Positions 8,731 to 16,690 of a DNA stretch of 64,000 nt are shown piece by piece. Position 1 is the stretch's first letter; each line of letters starts with the position of its first letter. The notes beneath the pieces are model-generated. The model was not told the DNA's origin. It saw only the letters and a list, made by a program, of their open reading frames with translations, and made no database searches. This DNA is from a virus, in the IMG/VR virus record IMGVR_UViG_3300001450_000023, positions 1 to 64,000 of that record; one strand, given 5' to 3'. The position numbers and the translations under genes are program-made.

Positions 8731-9596
8731 GGAGTGTAGAAAGAAAAACATTTAAAATAAGACCATCAGGAAGAAGTAGTGATTACATTACTCCTTCTTT
8801 TGGTTATGGATGTTTATTCAAATGTAGTTATTGCTATATGAAAAGACACTTAAAAGAAGGACTTTCTATAGCTACAAATACTGAAGATATACTTGGGCAT
8901 ATATTTGAACATGCTAAAACTTTAGGAGATAAAATTCCTAATCAAACATCAAAACAATTCTGGACTTATGATATTAGTTGCAATGAAGATTTTGCACTAC
9001 ATTTAAAGTATCACAATGCTAGAATGATATTTGATTTTTTTACTTATTCTGATTTACCTATAATGGCTACAATGGCTACTAAATATGTAAATCCTGACTT
9101 AATAAATTATGATGTTCAGGATATAAATGGGAATAGTAGAATAAGAATAAGATTTAGTCTTATGCCTCAGAAATTATCTGATGTTTTAGAACCTAATACT
9201 TCTAAAATTATTGATAGGATAAAAGCTATTGATGCTTTTATAGATGCTGGGTATGATGTTCACATAAATTATAGTCCTATAGTAGTATATAAAGAATGGT
9301 TAGAGGATTACAAATATTTATTTCAAATGGTAGATGATTATGTAGATTATAAAAATCAAGTTCAATCAGAAGTTATATTTTTAACTCACAATGAACAAAA
9401 ACACATAGATAATTTAAAAAACAATTTACCTAAAGAAAATATATTATGGAATCCTCAAATACAGGAAAGTAAAGTTTCTCAATATGGTGGTGCTAATGTT
9501 AGATACAAGCACAACTACAAGAGAAAATGGATTATTCAATTCAAAAATTTACATAATGAAATTATACCTTGGAATACAATAAGGTATATTTTTTAA
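8724..9596 (+). CDS. splB: Spore photoproduct lyase-like radical SAM enzyme (true start lies upstream of the ORF-track ATG)
   Basis: In-frame upstream sequence reads IIRSVERKTFKIRPSGRSSDYITPSFGYGCLFKCSYCY-MKRH (CxxxCxxC at 8811-8834); also DISCNED, ATKYVN, RIRFSLMP, GYDVHINYSP. Confidence 0.85.
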   Translation: MIRSVERKTFKIRPSGRSSDYITPSFGYGCLFKCSYCYMKRHLKEGLSIATNTEDILGHIFEHAKTLGDKIPNQTSKQFWTYDISCNEDFALHLKYHNARMIFDFFTYSDLPIMATMATKYVNPDLINYDVQDINGNSRIRIRFSLMPQKLSDVLEPNTSKIIDRIKAIDAFIDAGYDVHINYSPIVVYKEWLEDYKYLFQMVDDYVDYKNQVQSEVIFLTHNEQKHIDNLKNNLPKENILWNPQIQESKVSQYGGANVRYKHNYKRKWIIQFKNLHNEIIPWNTIRYIF

Positions 9597-9606
9597 AAAC
9601 TTAAAA

Positions 9607-9960
9607 ATGGGAAGATATATAACAGGAGATATAGACCATAAATTTTGGTTTGCTGTTCAATCATCTGATGCTGCTTCTAAATTTGGAGGTGAAATGGAAC
9701 ATTCTTATATCCAATATGGATATGATGATATGGAAGATTTTAATATAGAAACTTTAGATGCTTTAATAAAAACATTCAATACTGATTTTGATGAAAAAGT
9801 AGATAAATCAACAGATCCAGAATGGTTTAATAAATGGTATAATAGCAAAAGAGGAGTTTCAGAATCAGCAGCAGAATTAGTAGCAGATGTCCAACTTGGT
9901 ATAACAATATACCAATGCCTTCTTGAAGAAGGACAATGTTATTTTGAAGCAGGATTATAA
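9607..9960 (+). CDS. Conserved phage hypothetical protein
   Basis: MGRYITGDIDHKFWFAVQSS...GQCYFEA, a recurrent phage pattern. Confidence 0.75.
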   Translation: MGRYITGDIDHKFWFAVQSSDAASKFGGEMEHSYIQYGYDDMEDFNIETLDALIKTFNTDFDEKVDKSTDPEWFNKWYNSKRGVSESAAELVADVQLGITIYQCLLEEGQCYFEAGL

Positions 9961-9996
9961 TAAGGAATTAAATTTTTAACATAAATCAATTTTATT

Positions 9997-10428
9997 ATGC
10001 AAAAACAAATCACAGTAAGCCAGATTCTAGAAGATCTAGAGAATGGTATGACAAGAACTCCTTCTGATAAAAGATATAACTCAGAAGTAGGAAGCATTAT
10101 GGAAAAGTATAACCTTACAAAGTTTGAGGTTATATTATTATTTAAGAATGAAAAGTTGAAAGGCAAGAAAACTAAACAGCCCAGACAATTATCATTTGTT
10201 TTAGTAGATGATACAGAAACTACAAATAATGTAGTTGAAGAACCTTCTCCTGAAATTATTGTAGCAGTAAACTCAATGACAGGACAAGAAATTCAAGATG
10301 TTTTAGAAGATTCAAATGTAGAACAACCTGTAGAAGAAACAACTAATGATGTATCTTTTACTCTTGTAGAAGAAACAGAAGAAGCAGAAGTTGTTGAAGA
10401 AGAAAATAATGACCAATTAGGTTGGTAA
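9997..10428 (+). CDS. Hypothetical protein with N-terminal HTH-like region and acidic tail
   Basis: ITVSQILEDLENGMTR...IMEKYNL; E/D-rich C-terminus ending in W. Confidence 0.7.
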   Translation: MQKQITVSQILEDLENGMTRTPSDKRYNSEVGSIMEKYNLTKFEVILLFKNEKLKGKKTKQPRQLSFVLVDDTETTNNVVEEPSPEIIVAVNSMTGQEIQDVLEDSNVEQPVEETTNDVSFTLVEETEEAEVVEEENNDQLGW

Positions 10429-10439
10429 GAATATTCATA

Positions 10440-10468
10440 ATAGAGTCTAAATAGGCTCTATATTTTTT
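10440..10468 (+). terminator. Hairpin / weak terminator
   Basis: atagagtcta-aa-taggctctat then atttttt. Confidence 0.5.
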
Positions 10469-10487
10469 AAATTTTAAATATATAATT

Positions 10488-11255
10488 ATGTTATTTGGTG
10501 GATATGAAAGTAATGAAAGAAAATCCTCAATACATTTTGGTCTTAATCAAGGTGTAAAATTACAAAAGTTTGAGTATAACCCAAGCATTGAATTTGCTAA
10601 TGGTAATACTGCAGAAGGTGTAGAAATAGAATTCAACGTAAGTGGTTCTGTTGTTAGAAGTAACATTTACCCTCCTACAAAAGTTTATGATGGAGGACAA
10701 GAGATTACAGATCCTACACACAAAGCATTTAAGAAAGCAATTATTGAATTCAAGAAAAGAATTTATCATATTGCTGAATCTTTTATGTCTAGAGAAGCTT
10801 TAATTGAAGCTATTTCTGTTCCTAAACCTTTTGGAGAATTTATGGAATCTATAATAAGTTCTTTTGAAGAAGGATGGCAAGAAAAGCCAATTGACTTGTT
10901 CTTACAATATCAATGGCAGCTAAGAGAAGGAGCAGAAAGAAAATACTTAGAAGTACCAAAGAAAACTTCTCAAGGTCCATTTATTATGCCTGCACTTGCT
11001 GGTGACTGGAAAAAAGTCCTCATTAGTGAAAGTGGTGATGGTTCATTAAATGGAGTTGCTTTTGGTAAACTTAAAGGTAAAACATTTACTACTGACAATG
11101 GTCTTGAAATTATTTTCAAAACTAAAGATACAGGAATGTTTTACATAAATGATGACAATGAAGTTCATCCATTTGTAAGGTCTAGCTGGTTTATGGAAAA
11201 TGGTTGGGCAGCTGCAGATGATGAAGCTGAAAGTACATTAGATAGCTGGGCATAA
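10488..11255 (+). CDS. Putative single-stranded DNA-binding protein
   Basis: Beta-rich N-terminus, acidic aromatic-ending tail (DDEAESTLDSWA), immediately upstream of primase. Confidence 0.5.
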   Translation: MLFGGYESNERKSSIHFGLNQGVKLQKFEYNPSIEFANGNTAEGVEIEFNVSGSVVRSNIYPPTKVYDGGQEITDPTHKAFKKAIIEFKKRIYHIAESFMSREALIEAISVPKPFGEFMESIISSFEEGWQEKPIDLFLQYQWQLREGAERKYLEVPKKTSQGPFIMPALAGDWKKVLISESGDGSLNGVAFGKLKGKTFTTDNGLEIIFKTKDTGMFYINDDNEVHPFVRSSWFMENGWAAADDEAESTLDSWA

Positions 11256-11266
11256 AATCTTATAAT

Positions 11267-12268
11267 ATGTTATATGGAGGATTAAATGGTCTAATATCAC
11301 TAACAAAGAATGAAATATTAAAGAGGATATCTCAGCAAGAGATATTCTCTATTTTGTTTGGTGATATAGATTACAAAAGTAGATATGTAAATCCTATTAG
11401 GAATGATGAAAAGGCAGGATGTTTTTTTTCATGGCATAATGGAATATTATGGTTTTCTGATTTTGCAGACATTAAAGTTAATAGGGATTGCTTTGAGTTA
11501 CTCAAAGATGCTTATAATTTAAATTTTTATGAAACTCTACAATATATAGATGAATATTTTGGATTAGGAATACAAAATGGTAATCCAATAAAACCTAAAA
11601 TTGTAGATAAGATAGTAGTAAAAAAATCTACTAAAAGTAAAACCCTTATAACATATCAAAAAAGAACTTTTGATAGACATCACAAAAAGTACTGGTCTAA
11701 TTATGAAATTACTCAAGAGCAATTACTACAAGACCAAGTATTCCCTACAGTTTATTTTAAAATTCATTCTAGAGCAAAAGATAAATGGGTAACCATAAGA
11801 CCTTTTGCTAATGAAGTAACTTTTACTATAGACCAATGGGGAGGTGATGCTATTAAAATATGCAGAGCATTACACAAAGGAGATATGAAATGGATTACAA
11901 ACTGTACAAAGAATCATATAGGTATTGATAATGGTTTTCAAGGTGAAAATTTAATTATAACTAAATCTTATAAAGATTGGAGAGTTTTAAAAAATCAAAA
12001 TCTATCTGCAATATGGCTACAAAATGAGGGAATGTTTCCTAAACAGGAATTATTAGAATCATTGTGTATGACATATAATAATATATATGTATGGTTTGAT
12101 AATGATGATCCAGGAATTAAAGCAGGAAAAAAGTTAAAAGAAATAATATCTTCTTTTCATGACAATGTAGAACACATTTATTTACCTGATAAAAAGGTTA
12201 AAGATCCTGCTGAGTGTATATTTAAAAATAAAAAACTATTTTACAATTTTATAAAATTATTATTATGA
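11267..12268 (+). CDS. dnaG: DNA primase (TOPRIM)
   Basis: NPIRNDEKAGC (degenerate Zn-finger region), FSDFA, ITKSYKD, WFDNDDPG (DxD), KDPAE. Confidence 0.88.
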   Translation: MLYGGLNGLISLTKNEILKRISQQEIFSILFGDIDYKSRYVNPIRNDEKAGCFFSWHNGILWFSDFADIKVNRDCFELLKDAYNLNFYETLQYIDEYFGLGIQNGNPIKPKIVDKIVVKKSTKSKTLITYQKRTFDRHHKKYWSNYEITQEQLLQDQVFPTVYFKIHSRAKDKWVTIRPFANEVTFTIDQWGGDAIKICRALHKGDMKWITNCTKNHIGIDNGFQGENLIITKSYKDWRVLKNQNLSAIWLQNEGMFPKQELLESLCMTYNNIYVWFDNDDPGIKAGKKLKEIISSFHDNVEHIYLPDKKVKDPAECIFKNKKLFYNFIKLLL

Positions 12269-12891
12269 CAACTAGAAAAGTTAGAATTTTTTCAACAAAA
12301 GTTAAAGCTCAAATAGATACTGATGTAACTAACTGGGGAGATCTAAAAAATATTTTAAGAGACAGACAAATTCCATATAGTGGAATGACTGCAGCTCTAA
12401 GTGGTTCTAATTTATCATTAGAATCTAATGCTGCTCAATTACCTAATACAGATTTTGTTTTGTATCTAATGCCACAGAAAACTAAAAGTGGTATCAATGT
12501 AGAAGCATTTTCTTATATGGATTTAAGACAAACAATTCAAAGCATTATAGAAACTACAGGAGATGTAGCTAAGAATTTTTTTAATGATGAATTGAATTAC
12601 ACTAGAAAAAATGCATCTCAATTAAGAGTTTTATTGCAAGAATGGAATAAACAAGTTCCTGTAGCAAGTCAAGAAAATGTTGAGTTGACAAACCTTATTG
12701 CAAATTTAAAATCTTTAGAAACCAAACATCAACATTTAGTTGATCAAGCAATAGTATTACTCGAAAGAGTAATGCATGCTTGGGATGATGAAGAAGAAAT
12801 AGAAGCAGAATTTGAAAAATTAAATTCTGAATTTAATCCACCTGAATGTGAAGATTTTCGTGAAGAAGCATCTTCAGAAGATTATTTTTAA
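12265..12891 (+). CDS. Ubiquitin-like (beta-grasp) protein precursor: Ubl residues 1-76 ending KTKSG plus C-terminal helical domain
   Basis: Pattern RKVRIFST / AQIDTD / TNWGDLKNIL / MTAAL / QLP / DFVLYLMP-QKTKSG; adjacent to E2-like, JAB and E1 genes. Confidence 0.7.
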   Translation: MTTRKVRIFSTKVKAQIDTDVTNWGDLKNILRDRQIPYSGMTAALSGSNLSLESNAAQLPNTDFVLYLMPQKTKSGINVEAFSYMDLRQTIQSIIETTGDVAKNFFNDELNYTRKNASQLRVLLQEWNKQVPVASQENVELTNLIANLKSLETKHQHLVDQAIVLLERVMHAWDDEEEIEAEFEKLNSEFNPPECEDFREEASSEDYF

Positions 12892-12893
12892 AC

Positions 12894-12917
12894 AAAGGCT
12901 CTTAATTGAGCCTTTTT
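12894..12917 (+). terminator. Intercistronic hairpin / attenuating terminator after the Ubl gene
   Basis: aaaggctc-ttaatt-gagccttt plus additional T. Confidence 0.6.
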
Positions 12918-12929
12918 AAATTTTATATT

Positions 12930-14129
12930 ATGACAGAAGAATTTGTTAAAGATATACTTGAACTTAAAAGACAAGAGTTTGAGAAACAAGACATGTTAAG
13001 TAAAAATAATTATTCACCACCAATTTATGAAGTAATTAGTAAAAAATATCATTCTTCTTTGTCAAATATAATAGAAGTATTTGATGAAGTATTTGGTAGA
13101 GAATATTGGGATATGCAAGTAGAACCTAGAGCTTATCATAATTTAGGTGGTAATAGTGTCTATAACAAAGAATTAAATGTAGTTGTCCGTTTTCCTGAAT
13201 TAACAGTAACTAATGAAAATGAAAGATCTATTTTATTAGAAAATTTCTTTTTAAGATTAGTTTTTAATGGTAGAAGAACATATAATTTAGAAACTTCAGA
13301 TTATACATATTTCTTTGATATGAGAGCAAATCTAGAAGGTAAATTAAATACTCCTAGTGCTCAACAATTATATAAAGATTATCACCATAGCCATATTCAT
13401 AGTAGTGCTGATAGAATAAATTTTCAATCATTTTGTACAGGTAGAAATTTCTTTTCAGACCTTTATAGAGGATATAATAATGACCCTTGTAAAGAAAATT
13501 TATTCATGTTAGCTAAATATATGATTAATATGGCTAGTACAGAATCACTAGCTGGTGTTCCTTATATAAAGATGGACACAGTATTATTTACTGACCATAG
13601 TAGAACTCTTGATGAATCAGTATTTCATAATTTAAATCAATATGTAAAATATTTGAAAATAAAACCTGTTGATTGGACATTTAAAAATGGTTTTTTAAGC
13701 ATTGTAGATAATGAAAAGTTTGAAAGAAATCTATATGAATTAGTTATGAACTCAATAGATGAATTAAACATGGAAGAAACTAATACTACTTGGTTAATTA
13801 ATAATATTAAATGTAGAAAAGACAATTTAGGTAACTATTATTCAATAAGACAAGATTTTGATAATGATTACATACAAACTTATATAAGAGATCAGAATAC
13901 AAATAATACTTTTTATTTTAAAGGCAGTAAGTTTCCAATCTCTTTGAGTAAAGAAACATTTATTAATGAAGATAATTTTTATTTAAATCAAAAAATTAAA
14001 AAGCATGCAAAACAATATATTGAAAGACAAATTAATGAAAAAAAGCTTACCTCTTATTTCAAATCAAGAAGTAATAGAAGTAAGATTGAACAAGACAATA
14101 ATGTCAAAAATAAAATACTTGTGCAATAA
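12930..14129 (+). CDS. Prokaryotic E2 (UBC-like) conjugating enzyme candidate
   Basis: YHHSHI...FQSFCTG resembles the E2 HP(N/H)...C signature (Cys codon 13434-13436); lies between Ubl and JAB/E1; ATG 12930 preferred over TTG 12906. Confidence 0.55.
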   Translation: MTEEFVKDILELKRQEFEKQDMLSKNNYSPPIYEVISKKYHSSLSNIIEVFDEVFGREYWDMQVEPRAYHNLGGNSVYNKELNVVVRFPELTVTNENERSILLENFFLRLVFNGRRTYNLETSDYTYFFDMRANLEGKLNTPSAQQLYKDYHHSHIHSSADRINFQSFCTGRNFFSDLYRGYNNDPCKENLFMLAKYMINMASTESLAGVPYIKMDTVLFTDHSRTLDESVFHNLNQYVKYLKIKPVDWTFKNGFLSIVDNEKFERNLYELVMNSIDELNMEETNTTWLINNIKCRKDNLGNYYSIRQDFDNDYIQTYIRDQNTNNTFYFKGSKFPISLSKETFINEDNFYLNQKIKKHAKQYIERQINEKKLTSYFKSRSNRSKIEQDNNVKNKILVQ

Positions 14130-15027
14130 AATTTCACAGGTTGAATGGTCAGGAGTATTATTTTACTCCTTGAAAGGCAATATAAAAAATCCTTCTAAGA
14201 TGGTTTGTGTAATAGAAGATATTCTACCTATGGATATGGGTTCAGCAGCATATACTGAATACTCATTTGATGATAGAGTAGTTACTTTTTTGCAAGAAGA
14301 AGAGGAGAGATTTGATTGGCATATAGGTCACATACATTCTCACAATAATATGAAAACATTTTTTTCAGGAACTGATATGTCAGAATTAAATGACAATTCT
14401 GAAAATCACAATTTCTATTTATCTCTTATTGTGAATAATGCAATGGATCTTACAGCTAAGGTAGCTCAAAGAATCAAGTTAAAAGATATTTCATTTCTTG
14501 CTAATGATAGAGATGGCAATACATATTCTAAGAAACTAGCTAATGATAAAGAAGTTCTTATGATATATGATTGTAACATTAAAATCCCTAAAAGTGAATT
14601 GTTAGAAAACTCTTTCATAAGATCTGTTGATAAAATAATCAAAGATAATGAAGAGGCTAACAAGAAAATGAAATCTAATAATAATTTAGCATGGGATTTT
14701 AATGAAAATGTAGATTTAGAATTTGATTTTACAGATGATATAGAGATTGAGAATGCACTTGTGTATTGCTTAAGAAAAGGAGTAACTTTTAGAGATGATA
14801 CATTAGAAGATTGTCTTGATGACATTTTTGAATTTAAAAACTGGGATGATTATGATGATATTGAATATTATTTGAAAAGATATTGTTTGAAAACAAGCAA
14901 TCTTTATAATTCAACTGATTATGATAAATTGTTAAATCAAATGATTTATAAATTAAATGAATTTGTAATTGTATATCCAGAAATTAAAAACATTTTAAAA
15001 CATTTTAAACATGAGTCAGAGATTTGA
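14035..15027 (+). CDS. JAB/MPN+ metallo-isopeptidase (deubiquitinase-like)
   Basis: EWSGVLFY...GHIHSHNNMKTFFSGTD gives the full E-HxH-x7-S-xx-D JAMM motif; start either 14005 or 14035. Confidence 0.88.
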   Translation: MKKSLPLISNQEVIEVRLNKTIMSKIKYLCNKISQVEWSGVLFYSLKGNIKNPSKMVCVIEDILPMDMGSAAYTEYSFDDRVVTFLQEEEERFDWHIGHIHSHNNMKTFFSGTDMSELNDNSENHNFYLSLIVNNAMDLTAKVAQRIKLKDISFLANDRDGNTYSKKLANDKEVLMIYDCNIKIPKSELLENSFIRSVDKIIKDNEEANKKMKSNNNLAWDFNENVDLEFDFTDDIEIENALVYCLRKGVTFRDDTLEDCLDDIFEFKNWDDYDDIEYYLKRYCLKTSNLYNSTDYDKLLNQMIYKLNEFVIVYPEIKNILKHFKHESEI

Positions 15028-15706
15028 TAGATTTAAAGATGCAGAATGGTTTGGTGATAGAACTGTTCTTATAGGTGGGTGTGGTGGAATAGGCTCTTGG
15101 TTGAGTCTATTTCTATCTAGGGCAGGATTTACTCAAGTTATATATGATGATGACAAAGTAGAAGAACATAATATTGGTGGACAACTGTATGGTATCAAAA
15201 ATGTTGGTAAAACAAAAGTAGATTCTATGGTTGAAATTATTCATCAGTTTACTGGAGATAATAAAGTGCATGTGTTTTGTGAGAGAATGGATAAAACATC
15301 TCCTACTAATAATTATGTATTTTCTGCTTTTGATAATATGAAAGCTAGAAAAGAGTTATTTCACAACTGGCTTGAGTCACATGGTAAGAGTAATGATGCT
15401 ATATTTATAGATGGTAGATTAGCAGCAGAAAGTTTGCAAGTATATACTGTAAAAGGAAATGATTCTGATTCTATTAAAAATTATGGAGAATCTCTTTTTG
15501 ATGATTCTGAAGTAGAAGAAGAACCATGTACTTTGAAGCAAACTACTCATATGGCTGCAATGATAGCATCTATAATGACAGGTTTTTTTACAAATTATAT
15601 TGTTAATGTGAATGAAAAGGAAGAAGTTAGACAAGTACCTAACTTTCATTCTTATTATTTACCAAACCATTATTACAATGCAATCAATAGCACAAATTTT
15701 AAGTAA
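15011..15706 (+). CDS. ThiF/MoeB/E1-like adenylating enzyme
   Basis: RFDRF arginine finger, GCGGIG, YDDDKVEEHNIGGQ, GKTKV, AFDNMKAR, IDGR, candidate catalytic Cys in EEPCT. Confidence 0.92.
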   Translation: MSQRFDRFKDAEWFGDRTVLIGGCGGIGSWLSLFLSRAGFTQVIYDDDKVEEHNIGGQLYGIKNVGKTKVDSMVEIIHQFTGDNKVHVFCERMDKTSPTNNYVFSAFDNMKARKELFHNWLESHGKSNDAIFIDGRLAAESLQVYTVKGNDSDSIKNYGESLFDDSEVEEEPCTLKQTTHMAAMIASIMTGFFTNYIVNVNEKEEVRQVPNFHSYYLPNHYYNAINSTNFK

Positions 15707-16277
15707 TTTTGTAGAACCAAGATACTATGGAGATATATATAGCATTTCAAGAGTAAATATTTATGGATGTTCTTTTACTTCCAAGTTTATTCCTGTATTT
15801 GCAATGTTTAAAAGTTCAGGTAGTTTATTCTTGGAAGGTAAAGAAATTATTTATCATCATTTATATGCAGATAACAGAGAACCTCTTAAAAAGTCTTACA
15901 ATATTATGTATAGTACTTTTTGTTATGGTATGAAAGCTAAATCATATAGAAATAAAGATGGTATAATTTTAATTAGAAAAGGTCTTGTTACAGATGAAAA
16001 TTTTAATATTAAGATGGTTTTATGTTTTAAAGATTTTAAAAACATAGACAAGAATAATGTAACTATTAAAGACTTTATCTTAATTGTTAACAAACAGTAT
16101 TTTAATTCTTTATTGTTTAAAAATTTTAATAAAAAAAACTGTTTTGAAGATATAGATATGTTGTTAACAGATAATGTAGAGGAGTATTGTTTTAAATCTC
16201 CTAAAATTATTCCTAAATTTAAAGATATTGCTATAATGCAAGAATATTTAAATGATGTAAATAAATTATTATTATGA
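15678..16277 (+). CDS. Hypothetical protein (possible fifth gene of the Ubl module)
   Basis: Overlaps the E1 3' end and is coupled (ATGA) to the resolvase; start 15678 or 15612. Confidence 0.65.
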   Translation: MQSIAQILSNFVEPRYYGDIYSISRVNIYGCSFTSKFIPVFAMFKSSGSLFLEGKEIIYHHLYADNREPLKKSYNIMYSTFCYGMKAKSYRNKDGIILIRKGLVTDENFNIKMVLCFKDFKNIDKNNVTIKDFILIVNKQYFNSLLFKNFNKKNCFEDIDMLLTDNVEEYCFKSPKIIPKFKDIAIMQEYLNDVNKLLL

Positions 16278-16690
16278 CAGAAAAGAAAAAGAAGAAGAAT
16301 TTAGGAAAGATTAACAGAAGAAAAGGGCATAATGCTGAAAGGCATTATGCTAATTGGTTTAAACAGTTAGGTTATAAATTATGCCAAACTTCTAGATATG
16401 GAAGTAGGTTATATGATGATTGTGGAATAGATTTAATAAATATTCCATTTCTAGTACAAGTGAAAGCAGGTAAGCAAAAAAATTTAAATATTATATCTGA
16501 ATTAAAGAATATAAAAGAAAAAGTTGCAGAAAACTTTCCAAAAGAATCTAGAGAACAAGAATTACCTAAAATGTTAATCCACAGAAAGGATGTAGGCAGA
16601 GGTAGGAAGAGAACTTCTTATGATGACATTATTACAATGACTGCTGAAGATTTTAAAATATTAATTAAATTAATTTCCAATGATAGTTAG
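16274..16690 (+). CDS. Holliday junction resolvase-like PD-(D/E)XK nuclease
   Basis: NRRKGHNAER...GIDL...LVQVK, Hjc-like layout. Confidence 0.78.
   Translation: MTEKKKKKNLGKINRRKGHNAERHYANWFKQLGYKLCQTSRYGSRLYDDCGIDLINIPFLVQVKAGKQKNLNIISELKNIKEKVAENFPKESREQELPKMLIHRKDVGRGRKRTSYDDIITMTAEDFKILIKLISNDS

Noticed and set aside
2913-12268. Introns or inteins in polB, helicases and primase
   Set aside because: Proteins are of normal length with contiguous motifs; no intein terminal or LAGLIDADG/HNH signatures seen
15011-15706. ThiF as a thiamine or molybdopterin biosynthesis gene
   Set aside because: No ThiS/ThiG/MoaD/MoaE genes nearby; neighbours are JAB, E2-like and Ubl genes, favouring conjugation
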